A stretch of DNA of 62,605 nt, filler included, from Rhabdomonas costata (Eukaryota): NCBI GenBank assembly GCA_019059605.1. It is 25 parts of 25 records of this genome, joined end to end, with 100 filler letters (N's around TTAATTAATTAA, not from the genome) between each part and the next. Parts side by side here need not be neighbours in the genome. Positions count along the whole stretch, not along the records: positions 37,651 to 40,061 come from JAHMHO010003575.1; positions 40,162 to 42,568 come from JAHMHO010003576.1; positions 42,669 to 45,075 come from JAHMHO010003577.1; positions 45,176 to 47,582 come from JAHMHO010003578.1; positions 47,683 to 50,086 come from JAHMHO010003579.1; 20 more parts are not named here. One strand, written 5' to 3'. How positions within the stretch are numbered: position 1 is the stretch's first letter; each line of letters opens with the position of its first letter. A program made the translations under genes and the position numbers. Positions 37,652 to 50,186 of this stretch are shown here, in pieces. Under the pieces are notes generated by a model. The model was not told the origin of the DNA and made no database searches. It worked only from the letters and a program-made list of their open reading frames with translations.

Positions 37652-40050
37652 GTGGTGGTGGGCCACGAGATGCGGACTCCGTTGACGACGTGCATTGGGA
37701 TGGCCGAGGCTTGTTTTTTTTTTGCGTTCTCTACGTTTTTCCCTGGCCCCTTTTTGACTTTTCCAAATGGATCTTTCTGTGGCTGCATGGTCCAGCTCAT
37801 GTACCGATGCGACACGAATTGGAAGCTTTGTCCGTGGGGTTGTGAGAAAGTCCACTCTGGACATCCTCTAGGTATTCCACGCTTCCCAGTCCACTTTGCC
37901 CCGCACCACCCTGTTGCAGCGGAGCGATACAGTTGTGGTGGTGGTATCTTTTTGCACAGATCCTTTTGGAGACTACCACGCTGGACCCGAAGCAGCGGGA
38001 GTGCGTGCACTCGATTGGCTGCAGCGGGAGTGCGCTTCTATCCCAGATCAACGACTTGCTCGACGTATGCCTTGATGACCTTATACCGTTGTGCACATGT
38101 GGCATGTATGAAAAGTCCCAGGAAGTTGCCCTGATGATTTTCCGCGCTGCTACGTTTTGCTAATGTGACTGGAGAGTCCGAAACCGATGTTTGGCTGTTT
38201 GATTCAGGACGGGGCGGGCGCGCTGTTTCACTCTAACGTTTTGTGCGATATGTTTGGTTGAGGGGGCACAGCTTGTGTAGAGGGAGTGCTGCCTGCGTCA
38301 GACGAGAGGGATTAGGGGACTGGGGGACTGGGATCCTTTCGCAGTATTTCTGTGCCCACCCGGTGACCCTGTGGTCCGACCCTTCTAATGGGCAGGGTGT
38401 GTGGCTGAAGTGGTTTTTTAGAGCCGGTTGGTGTACGAACAGTGCTCAGCCGATATTGTGTGTTTACAGATGCTGATCAAATCAACCAAACAGCTCTGCA
38501 AGAGATTCTGCCATCGAAATGGTTGTGCCAATTGTGGCAAAGGGCAGGCTGACAAGCAGCTGACAGGAATTTAGTATTTGTTTAGAGAATATCACGCTGC
38601 CTCCCGCAGTTCTCAAAGATTCAGAGCGGGATGCTCGTGCTGGACAACCGCCCGTTCGCCCTGCACGACTGCATCGACCGCACCCTGGAGATTGTGCAGA
38701 TGAAGGCAGAGACCAAGGGCCTGGAGCTTGTTCCCTGGATCAGCTCCACGGTGCCGCGGGTTTCTGTGGCGGACTCCGGGCGGCTGCGGCAGGTCTTGCT
38801 GAATCTACTGAGCAACGCGATCAAGGTCCGCGGTCTGGGGCATGGGTTTTTTTCCTTTTTGGTTTGCTCAACTTGCTAAGTCGTTGCTTCGTTTACATGT
38901 GCACAGCGGAACACAAGTAACCACCCAACAAGGTCTCATTATTCAGTATGCTTAAGCTAGGCAAGGATGGTTTGTAGGTTTTTTATTCCCGATGAAATCG
39001 TAGAGCGCTTTAAGCACTGACAACCCCCCCGCTTGAAATCCTCACTCTCCTCCATTGGTCAGTTGGTTTTTTTGACCTTACGATTGTGAAACAACGTTGA
39101 CGCATGGGTTGCACGGAACCCGCAAGGGCCCCAATCGGTTTTTTCGGACTAAAGGTTAAGATTAGTAGCAAGACCGCGTTTTCAAGGCAAAAATTGATGG
39201 AAAAAACGAAGGAATGCAAGTACACGCGGACGAGAGGGATAACGACACATATTTTTATTAAGGGAAAATCTCACCTTTCGGGAGGTTAAGGAGAGTTCCG
39301 GTGACTGAAAAGCAAAAAAAAACTGTTCTTGAATTATAGGCCCTTTGTTTTGCTCTGTGCAAAGTCCTTTTGCGACCCACTGTCTTATCCCCTCCATATT
39401 ATGGGATCCGCGGATGCTGTCCAGTTGTTGGTCGCCCTTTCGTGCAGCTACAGCCTAAAGTGAAGTGAGGAGGCCGTATTTTGCGTTTTTTTTCTCTGCT
39501 CCTGTGCTTCTTTTCGGTGTCAGGTCATTCTCCTCATATTAATATCTCTCCTTGTGCAGTTTACGCAGATCGGGAAGGTGGTTCTGCGCTGCCTGCCCAG
39601 CCTTGATATGAGCCGGCTGCTGTTTGAGGTCGAGGACACCGGAATCGGCCTTTCGGAGGATACTACTCAGAGGCTTTTCCAGCCGTTTGTGCAAGCAGGT
39701 GCATTTTCTGTGTGGTACACGCTCGCTGTTGCTCAGTGCCCTTCCTCACGAATTTCTCTCAAGAGTTCAGGTAGTGGGTCTGGTTATATGCGTATACCTT
39801 TGTGATGGTTACTGTGCCTCTGGGCTAAATCTGGACTGCCCCCCTCCCTCCGCGAGAGTCCGAATATTTTCGTACTTTGTAAATATATCCCTTCGGCTGC
39901 ACTTCTGCAGACGCCACGATGGCCCGCCGCTTTGGAGGCACCGGCCTGGGCCTAGTGATCTCGCGGAACCTGGTGCAGCTGATGGGTGGGGAGCTCACCG
40001 TGAGCAGCGAAGGGGAGGGCCGGGGCAGCGTGTTTCGGTTCTGGATCCCC
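37652..40050 (+). CDS. Sensor histidine kinase of hybrid-kinase type (HisKA + HATPase), exons 37652-37708, 37960-38064, 38610-38825, 39560-39698, 39911-end
   Basis: H box [67 protein letters not shown]. The first intron is GC-AG. Confidence 0.96.
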
Positions 40051-40183
40051 CACCAAACCCCNNNNNNNNNNNNNNNNNNNNNNNNNNNNNNNNNNNNNNN
40101 NNNNNTTAATTAATTAANNNNNNNNNNNNNNNNNNNNNNNNNNNNNNNNNNNNNNNNNNNNGGTGGTGGTGGTTTGGTTTCAG

Positions 40184-42418
40184 GAGTACGTTGCCGGTGG
40201 AAGCGTGCAAGGCGTCATCAAACGGTTCGGCACGTTCCAGGAGACTGTGATCGTGCAGTTCATTGAGGTGTGCTCTTCTCGGTTCAGTTCTTGCAAGGGG
40301 TAGCCTTCTGTTACCTGCCACTCTTCCCATCTAGATTCAGAAACCTCGGGGTTCGGGAATATCGGTGACCAGGCTGCATTTTCTGCAATGACATATCGCT
40401 TTGGCGAACGTAACTTCGGTCCTGAGATGTTTGTGTAACTAGGGGGTTTCATGTCCGGGTACAACAGTGGCGCTCCGCCCAGCTTCCGTTCGGCACTTTT
40501 TTCCATTGCCACTCTTTTTAGGACGTACTCCGGGGCTTGGCATATCTCCACGACGCCAAAGTCGTTCACCGCGATGTCAAAGGTTGATGCCGATTCCCTT
40601 TCTGCTGCTTCCTCTGGCTCGACCATTGAAAGTGAAAGTTCCTGGAAGAAGAAACGTTCAGGAATGCGGGAATGTGGGGTAGTGGTCTCACCGGACGGTT
40701 CAGTTTCAGTGATCGCAGTCACTGGGTACTTGTCCTCGCGCGCAGAGTTGGAGCGAAAGTAGCTTTTCTTTGGTCTTTTCTTTCCCCTAATGAGGGAGAG
40801 CGCGCGAACTGAGCAGGCGAAATATGAATCATGAATCATAGCTTTTCGTTGATTGCGGTGTTTTTCCTTCAGGGGACAACATCCTTCTCACCTTGAATGG
40901 ACGAGCGAAATTGTATGTGGGGCCCCTACTTTCCTCTGTCTGCGATCATTTCCTCCTTCGTATGTCACCGGTCAGCATTGCAACTACCTTTCAATTCACT
41001 CCTGCCCTTTGGAGAAACGAGTATTCATTTTCCCTGCCCCTCGCGTTCCCACAGGGCGGACTTTGGGACGGCGGAGTTGTTCGACGAGCGCATTGCAGAG
41101 TCCAACAGTGGTATGTCTCTGTCGCCCGGACTGTGTAACAGCGTGAATGCGTGTGCGGTCAAGGGATTCGACGCCGCCGCTATGCCGGAATACAGACACT
41201 GCTCCAACGGTCTTTTTTCATTTTTGGAAGCAGATGGTTCTGCAGTCTCAGACAGATAAAGGGGCAATGATAGCCACCTGGAAATGAGGTGAGTTCCGAT
41301 TCACAGTTGGCTAAGTGTGGCCTGATCAGGAGCTGGAAGCGGGCGAAAAGAAGCACAAGCCAGCCATTGAGACCAGCCTCGCGGGAGGAGGTGGGGGTCT
41401 GTTTCCCTGCGCGTACGGTGAAGGTTTAGCGCCTGTCAAATTTTTGTTCGGACCTCCACCCAGCAGAAGAAGGGGGGTGTACCCTCGCAGTGGTGGCAAC
41501 GGAGGTGGGCTTGATTAAAAGTCCTCCTGGAGATCATCCAAAGGGCCGATATCTTGTATTTTTGTGCTTGTTTGTTCGTCAACCCTGTCCGGCACGGCAA
41601 GAAACAGTGGCACAGCGAGGTGCAGAGGATAGGTGTGAAGTCCAATGGGGATGTGCTCGAAGTGTGTCTGTGTTCTGTTCAGAGGCCATCCGTGTCAAGG
41701 GGTCCGTGTTCTGGCTTGCCCCGGAGGTTCTGCGGGGGGAGCGGGCCCGCACCCAGTCCGACATCTGGAGTGTCGGCATCGTTGTTATAGAAATGGCCAC
41801 AGGTGTGTGTGTGTGGTGTATTTCTCGGCACTTTTTGCTTCTCTCTCTTATGGTGGTGCCTTTGTGAATTGGTAGGGTCTGTTGTGTATGCATGCAAATG
41901 ATTCGGGTTATGAGGAGTTGTGGTATCGGTGTTGGGGTTCGATGGTTGCACCTTTCAGTTATAGATACCATCGTTCTGGCAAGGTGCATGACGTTTAAAT
42001 AGAGCTAGAGCTCCTCGCACAGGTGTCGCGCCGCCTCTCCGCTTGTTGGCGGGCGGGGTTTCCTTGCGCATAGCCTACGCTGCTGCACCTCAACATAGCT
42101 GCGAGCACCACTGTGTGTGCAGACATGTGTGTGTGTGTGTGTGCTTGCGGTCATGGCAGGGGATCACCCGTGGCAGCACATGAAAGCGATGTCGCAGATG
42201 CAGCAGCTCTATCTGATGAGCCAGGAGAGGGGCCCTCCGCCGCTCCCGGCCAGCCTCAGCCCCGCCGGGGTGGACTTCCTGGGGAAGTGCTTCGGCCTGG
42301 AACCCGCCTCACGGCCCTCCGCGGAGGAGCTCTTGCGGCACCCCTGGGTGACCAGCAGCCGTCCCACCCGTTCCCCAGCTAACGGGCCCAGGGCACTTGG
42401 CCCGGCCTCGCCCAGCAG
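40184..42418 (+). CDS. STE11/MAP3K-like Ser/Thr kinase, exons 40184-40267, 40522-40582, 40873-40912, 41055-41110, 41683-41802, 42160-42418 (last three approximate)
   Basis: Splices to EYVAGGSV..|DVLRGLAYLHDAKVVHRDVKG|DNILL..KL|ADFGTA..|KGSVFWLAPEV..SDIWSVGIVVIEMATG|DHPW..RPSAEELLRHPWV. Confidence 0.93.
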
Positions 42419-42668
42419 GTGCGCTTCCCTCGTTATTCTATTATTATCTATCCTTGCATCCTGTCCTTCTTCAGTTTCTGCTTTAACGGTAAAGTTTGCC
42501 GCACTGCTTCCGTTCCAAACAATGAGCAATCCTATGGACTTCAGGACCTTCTTGGTATTCTTGGTATCNNNNNNNNNNNNNNNNNNNNNNNNNNNNNNNN
42601 NNNNNNNNNNNNTTAATTAATTAANNNNNNNNNNNNNNNNNNNNNNNNNNNNNNNNNNNNNNNNNNNN

Positions 42669-43150
42669 CAGCGCAACCAACGGGTCTAATGAAGAAGCAC
42701 CAAGATTGGAAGTGGTGAGAGAAAGAACCCGAAGCGTTTGTGGAACTAAAAGCCGACTCCTCAAACACACCGTCCTAATCGTTCCAAATGTACAAGCCAC
42801 TCATTCTTTACACTGACGCTTTAGAATTTGGTGTCGGCGCAACAATGTCACAACACGAAGAGAAAGGAGACGGATTGTTGCTTGCCAATCTCAAAAACGT
42901 TCCCTCGCAGAAAAAAACTACCATGTTCATGAAAGGAAATGCTATCCTTGGTGGATTCTATAGAAGCATGGCGTCATTATCTACTGAATGCCGAAGTGCA
43001 CGTCTATATCGACAACTCCACATTCATGTACCTACATAAAAGCCCACGCCTGCACCAATACAAATCAGCTGTCTAGAAAAACTACATGCCTGGAAACCTG
43101 GCATTCAAACGTGCAAAATCTTGAGGAGGCCTAAAATGGTGTAGCAGTTG
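42669..43150 (+). mobile_element. Decayed Ty3/gypsy RNase H fragment
   Basis: KPLILYTDALEFGVGATMSQ motif with surrounding frameshifts. Confidence 0.8.
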
Positions 43151-44169
43151 GATCGCCCTAAAATTAGCGCTGAAAAGGAAGCATTGGAACAGAACCCTGA
43201 TATTCAGTGCACGCGGCATTCAGCAATGTTGCATTTGGAACGCAAGGTTACAAATGTTCAATTGCACGAATGCTTCTCGCTCAACCAATGGGAGACATAT
43301 CATACAGCCTTGTTTCAACTTGTTTTGTTATTTTATTTGATTTACGAGACTCGCAGTGGTCATCCATGACCAAAAGAAGCAACGGTGCGCCAGGATTTCC
43401 GCCAAAGCACAGGAAACGGCTGCGCGCTGATATTTGCCAGTCCATTCCATTCCTCATGTAAATTGTACAATATTGTGCCACTTCATGCCAGCAGAAGCCG
43501 AAGGATTTGACGGGGGCACCGACAACAGAACACAACTCAGGGTAAAAACGTAAAAACAAATTGGGGTACAAAACCAAATTGGGTGGTATTAAATACTGTA
43601 GTTTTAAGCAAAAACAATCTCGCTTCATGATGAAACCTATCGGAGTCTCAATCGGAGACAGTAAAGGTTCGAAGTCACCTGCTATTAAAAACTTTGACTC
43701 GTGTCATCAAGACGACAGCAGTACCGAGCGCTACCGCTTCACTGTGGGATGAGGGTTGTGTCTGCACCGGTTGTGATGCGACGTCATCGGTGCCCCTTAC
43801 GTCTGACGCGTCAACTCAAAAAGATTTTGACCTAACGGCAGTCATTGTGCGTTGCGAGACTGCAACCCCTGAGTGAACTTCGACTTACGTGCGTTACGCT
43901 GTTGTGGAAGCCCAGTCTAACCGCGACACTGAGTCACTGACACGTGTGATGCGGTCAGCAGGTGAAGACAGTAACCCGCCGACGACAGACCCTCCGACCG
44001 ACGTGCGATGCGCAATTGTGGTATCAAATCCTGGAAGCCATCCGGAGCCACCGTCACATGCCATGCGATCGGTGCCTCTGATGGGCGATGCTACGCAGCG
44101 AAGGCGAAGCAGCACAGGAAACCTGCGGGTGGTCCCCGACATTGAAGTTTCCATTGAAAAATGATCATA

Positions 44170-45075
44170 ACCCACGCCGCAGAGGCCACTACTGCTCCTA
44201 CCTCTTACATTTGTAAAACATGTAGTGCCCGCCCTGTTTGATTCAGGAGCTTCAGATTTCTTCATGAGCAAAGCACTGGTCATTGAACTGCAACTACCAC
44301 GCAAGCTTCTGAAGCAGTTGATGTCAGTCAGAGTCGCTAACGTAACCACCTTGGTGGTCGATACCTTCGTCAGAGTGTCTGCCTTTCTGGGCAAAATGTC
44401 TGTGCGTCTGTGCTTCCGAGTGATTTCCACCACCATCCCCGTAGTCTTGTGATGCACCTTTCTCCACCGACATAAACATTGGGTGGATTGGAAATAGCGC
44501 CAAGTTCAAATCTTTAGGCGTGAGATCACCCACGTCTGACGTATTTCAAATGGCTGGAAGGCTAATCAATTCCATGGCGCTGCATGAAAATGAACCAGCT
44601 GAGCAGAATCCCACACGAGTCGAAGTAGCTTTCTCACCGAAAAACTCCGCAGCACGTGGAGAGCCATACAGATGGAAGGCATACGCGTGCAAACACTACA
44701 GTGCAGAAGCATCCCTCGCTGATTTGGCAAAAAAAAATCTTCATTACCATTTGATCTTTTTGTTATCTCTCCAGATGACGCCGAGTAATGCTCCGATCGA
44801 AATCGCCAGCAGATCTCTAGCCTGGCAGAGCTGAAGCTAAAATTCAAGAAAAGACGAAAGCTGTCCCCACGTGGTCTCGTTGAAATGCAACTTGACCTCA
44901 AAAACCTCACCCACTAATCTGTGGTCACCCGCGCCGCAAGGCCGCCGTGCCTAATGAGGTCCTTGAACTCAACCGAGAGTTCTCGAATCTATTCCCAGAC
45001 GTGCTGCCACAATGTCTGCTCCACTCCAGGCCTATCGATTACAAAATAGACCTAGCGAAGGACGCCAAAATTCCC
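44170..45075 (+). mobile_element. Decayed Ty3/gypsy aspartic protease and pre-RT region
   Basis: ALFDSGASDFFMS..VRVAN (retropepsin DSG), then EFSNLFPDVLPQCL...RPIDYKIDL; in-frame stops. Confidence 0.85.
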
Positions 45076-47771
45076 NNNNNNNNNNNNNNNNNNNNNNNNN
45101 NNNNNNNNNNNNNNNNNNNTTAATTAATTAANNNNNNNNNNNNNNNNNNNNNNNNNNNNNNNNNNNNNNNNNNNNTGTTGGGTGTGGAACACCTGGGTGA
45201 TCTGGACCGTTACAATCGTGCTTTCGTTGGTCCCTAGCTTCCGTTGAGCCGGGAAATAGCGGACCCTTGCATCATAAGAGCCAAGGTTCATCAGTCAAAC
45301 CGACGAACGGGGGCGCGGTACACCGGGTTTGCCCTTCGCCTTCATGGCGTCCGCAGGGCTGGCCTTTGTATTTGGGAAGAAGGGTGGTCAGGCATGAGGT
45401 GGTGAGTGCCTTTGGGGTTAATAGAATTTGAAGCTTACGGTATTATACACCATTTGCCATAAAATTCCCATGTCCCCATCGACGCTTTTTTGTGTAAGTT
45501 TTTCTTTGTTACGGACCCGCTCCGCACGGGAATTCGCGGTGACTGCTCCGCGAATAAACCCGTAAACCAAGACCGTCGACAAGGAATCGGGATAAATTCT
45601 TTTTTTCGTCTCGGCATAACGTCACCCGCGGCCACCATCCCAACGACAATGACTCCAAGGCGGCAAAAAAAACCCGGCATCGGTGGGTAGCTGCCACCGT
45701 CTTCTTATTGTCTGAAACCGAATCTTCTCCAACGGCCAAGGATCATTCCTTGCCATGGAACACATGTTCCCAACAGCACATACTTTCACTACCATTTACC
45801 CCTGAAATAATTTACTTTGGCCAAGTGACCTTTCTGGCCACTCCCATTGACCATTGCTACTGTATTTTCCCTGCAAAATACCGGTTGTATTTTCGTGCTT
45901 TTCTTCCTGCTTTTGGTTTCCTTTGGTACCGCTTTCCCACCCGCGGACCTTTTGGTCACTTGACCCTACCGGCTTGATTTAAAATTTGCTACCGCTTAGA
46001 CAAAAACTAAAGGAATCAAATTAATCCAATTAGAAACCCCCTTTTGCTAGACCAAAACTCCCATCCCCACAAACTACCGGATTTGATCAGAAAACTTAGT
46101 CCAATGAATTGTTGGCAACATTTCCCATTATTTTCGTGTACATTTGCTAAAATTTATTACACGCTGTTCTCCATTCTCTCAATTACCGTCTTTTCCTAAC
46201 TCCGAAGTGTGTTTTTTCCTTCTAACGCTTTTGTTTTGGGATGTGAAAAGTGGATTTTGAACTACATTTCTACCGAGAACAGTGAAGTATTTTGTAAAGT
46301 AAGTAAGTGTCAGTAAACCGGGCCCTGAGACCAGTGTGATGTTCGGGAGACCGAGCCATCTCTCCTGGTATCAGAGGTTCGGTGCGACCTACCGGTATCA
46401 GCAGTGTGAATTTGTTTTTGTTCTTCCCACCGACCATTTTGTTGTTTTTCTAATGACTTTGAAAGAAAATGGCTTTATTTTGAAGGTTTCTGTTTTATTT
46501 AAACCGGTTTTTTTACTGGTTTTACCGGTTTTCAGGGAGAGGGAATTTGAAAGGGAATCGCCACTACGCGAGAGCAAAGTGAGTGCGCCACCACTCCAAT
46601 TCTTGGCCCCACAGTCCTTTTCAGTCGTCCACAGTCATTTTTCATGGAGCCAAGACCAACCATCAGAGTCACGTACGTGGGTCAGCCTACCGCCGATCCC
46701 CGTCAGGCTCCTTTTGCGTTCACATCAGTGAAACCAACAACTCTTATTCCTGAAGCCCCAGCTCCTTGGCCAACTCCAATTGAGTTGGCCTCCGTTAAGT
46801 TTCCCCATCTACCAGCGGCCATGGTCTGTTTTCCATGCAGTCACACGCCACCCATGGACTTAGAGCCTGTTTTGGTCTCTCGACTGCTGCTTTTACAACT
46901 AAAGGAACAACTAACCCCGACCCACGATATTTGGACAAGCGCCCTTGGAGACGGATGGCGGATGTCGGGTTTGAGCGGTCAAACCGGGGCGGGAGATGAG
47001 ATGGGCGCCTGTCTCCCGAGATGGGGTTGAGCCCCACGCTGTCCAAGACGGAGCGTCCTCAGCCTGTTTTTGAAACAGCGCCGATAACCTTCAATGCTGT
47101 TTGCGCGTACCCTTGGACACCAACCCTCTTTTTGTGACAAACGAAACGATGAACATTGGGCCATTAGTTCGTCCGAAAAAATGGCGGCGCTCGGCAACAC
47201 ACCGCCTTAACTCTGGAATGGCCTTCTCAGCATTGGTTGGACCAAAAAGCGGGTTTGCCCCGAGAATCCACCTTGGAGAAATCGACGGGAAGAAAATAAC
47301 CAGTAGAGCGATTGAAGGCACTAACAACTCCATTTTGGAGACTTTCGGGCGCCAACGCGGTCCCGAATGATAAGCAATGTGTTGATCGTTCCCTGAACCA
47401 TTCAAAATAAAGCAAGGCAATGTATTCCGCCCCGCAATAACATTTCAACACCAGAGCTACTCCTTTTGATTGGCGTTGGGCAAAACATAAGACCATGCCT
47501 GCTTTCTTGGGGTTTGATCGCGGGGACTGACCCCTTTTCCGAAAGCGCGACCGCGTCTCAAAGAGCAAAAAACCACCAACCCNNNNNNNNNNNNNNNNNN
47601 NNNNNNNNNNNNNNNNNNNNNNNNNNTTAATTAATTAANNNNNNNNNNNNNNNNNNNNNNNNNNNNNNNNNNNNNNNNNNNNAAAGCAGAGGGGAGTGCC
47701 GCCTTCATTTTGAAATTGTACTGCCGACTCAAATCGCATTGTTTCTGACGTTGTTCCCACCATTCGCACGT

Positions 47772-48741
47772 ATGTTTTGTGGTTCCTCCTTGCTCGATTT
47801 CGAACTTGTATTTCTTGTAGGGTGTGGTCCTGACCACTTGTCTGCCATCATGTTATTCCCAGCTTGCTTTCCGATTTCATTGCACTCAATGTGAGGTGGA
47901 AAGTGTGCTGCCAGTTCTGCAGCCCACTATGATACTTTTACCTTCCCTGTGGGGTGGGCTTCCTCCTTTGGGGTTTACGACCGCACAAAAAGGCGCGGAG
48001 ATGGACTTTGGGGGTGTTGCTGAGGTTGTGACCACCATAAGCTGTCCTGGAGGGGTGATGCCCGAGATGCCCTCGGCATCCCTGACAGAGTTTTTGCAAC
48101 GTGCCGGCTGGTGAAGGGCTCGAAGGTATGGTCTGCGTTATCGCTCCCTCCTCTCTCCGCTGTCTTCGATACATTCATGGGTGTTATTAACTTCAGAAAA
48201 GTGCCTGGAAACTTCGCAACCAAAACTGGAAATGGCATCGAAATCACCCTCTTTCGCTTCCTCCTCAGTGTGACAGTTCTATCCTTTTGTGCGCACACAG
48301 CCCAGTATCACCGACCTTTGGTTCCTGGAGACTTATTTGGACGGTGAGCGTGAGCTCACTGTCCATGAAGGCTAATATCTTTGTGCAGGCAGGGTGAAAG
48401 ACCTTTAAAACGGGTGGAGAAAATCACCGGTTTTACTGTAACCTTTCAAGCACGTTATCTGGGTATTCTGGCGAGGTGATTCTGCTCAGTTCAGATCTGG
48501 GGAAAATTTGCTCTACCGCTTTAGAGAAATGCTTTTGACTTCGGGATTGGGCTGCGCGGACAATTTTCTGACAATGATGTTGTTCTCAACTTCAGGTCAC
48601 CTTCTCATCTGAAAATGGATGAAGCTGCTGATCCCTTCAGACTTCCACCTGCAAGGCCTTTTCGTCACCTGGGGATTTCTCTACTTTCGGGAATGGTGTA
48701 GCGCACTCCTTTCTCCCATATCCACGACACGAGCAACCACC
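47772..48741 (-). CDS. Possible multi-exon hypothetical low-complexity protein
   Basis: Several AG..GT-bounded open segments on the minus strand; no recognisable family. Confidence 0.25.
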
Positions 48742-49491
48742 TGAGAAAGCACACGAGAAGGTATCCACACCCGTGCGCGGCCGAGTGAGTGTACTCGCTA
48801 CTCGTGTGCGCGAATGCGGACACCGAAATAGAGACACATTATCTCTGTTTGCAAACCCCCTCCCCGTCGGTGTTGTACAGTTTCCCTTTCCTGGAGGTAG
48901 AGCTTCCTCTTCAGGCTTTGTATTTTACGTCGTTGGACAGTTACAAGTGATTTACATTCAATGGTCACCGTTTTCCGTCATTTGTGGCGAAAGTTGGCGC
49001 GGGATTTTGAAGGATTCTCATCGGTTGTAGTGCTGTACATTCAATGGATGTCATTGGCTCATAGATACGCCTGCATCAGAAAGGTTCCCGGCATTACTTT
49101 GGGTTTTGCCTGGTTCGCGTAGGCTCAGATACTTGTGTACTTCAAGTCATCCCCACCGTTCCCATCCCCGATCATAAAATCTGATTACAGACAGATTTCT
49201 GGTGCTGCCCCGGACCACTCCTCCACCGTTCTTAAGAAGAATTAACTGTTACAGCAAACCGCATATTTGACATTCCACTTCAACCTCCAGCCAAATTCAA
49301 CCCAGCCGAGCTCCACAAAAAACAGGCCCTCGAGTAGCCTGCGTGCAGCGGGAACGCTTTGTTGGATAGTATGGATTCCCGCTGTGTATTCCGGCCGCGT
49401 TTTGAATCTGCGCAGTTCCAACCACGTTTCTCATTTTTTTGGTCTCCTTCATTTTGGCTCCCCCTTGAGCTCGTGCGCTTTCATTTTCACG

Positions 49492-49554
49492 ATGCCTTCT
49501 ACCGAAGAGGCCATTGAGCAGTTTATCGCCCTCAATGAACGGCTTTTTGGCTTG
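49492..49554 (+). CDS. Probable first exon of an unknown gene (MPSTEEAIEQFIALNERLFGL)
   Basis: ATG preceded by a pyrimidine tract and AG (49468-49469), followed by donor GTGTG. Confidence 0.45.
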
Positions 49555-50186
49555 GTGTGTGGGCCGATCGGTCCAGGTTGGGGAGAATTGATTTGGTTCC
49601 ATTTTTATGTTCCGTTTTGGAACTGGCTTGCTTTGGTTTAAGCTTTGAGCGTCATCCATTCAGGTATAAGTGCATTTATGGCCCCGCCCTATCAAGTGCA
49701 TACCCCCCACAAACTCACATATATATGAAAAATGAAATATAGAATTTATTTTACTTTTGTATGGCTTTCCGATATGCATTAGAATGGCAGCCTGTCTTGA
49801 CAAAAGTTTCTTTTGGGTTCCCACTCTTCTCTCACATAATCCCAGAAAATCTATCTAATCCCGGTAGCTGTACCTTGTACCTTTTACTTTTTTCCTTTTA
49901 CCGACCAGGTAGCTTTACCTTTTTTCATTTGCTCAACCTCCTCAAAAACAGAGGCTCTTTTGCAAACGAGCCCAACAGAGAGCGGGGGAACTCAAAAGGC
50001 ACCGGCACCCATGTCGTCATATTTTTCATGTTTCTTCGCGACCGTGTGATTGAGAACGTTGTTGCCAGTTATTGGCCACACCCCACNNNNNNNNNNNNNN
50101 NNNNNNNNNNNNNNNNNNNNNNNNNNNNNNTTAATTAATTAANNNNNNNNNNNNNNNNNNNNNNNNNNNNNNNNNNNNNNNNNNNN

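Noticed and set aside
37651-37662. G/T-rich contig starts and C/A-rich contig ends as telomere-like repeats
   Set aside because: Irregular, present on most contigs, and typical of low-quality read tails; no TTAGGG array.
40180-40839. 219-aa minus-strand ORF
   Set aside because: Shadow ORF: the plus strand holds two clear kinase exons (EYVAGGS; YLH..HRDVK) here.
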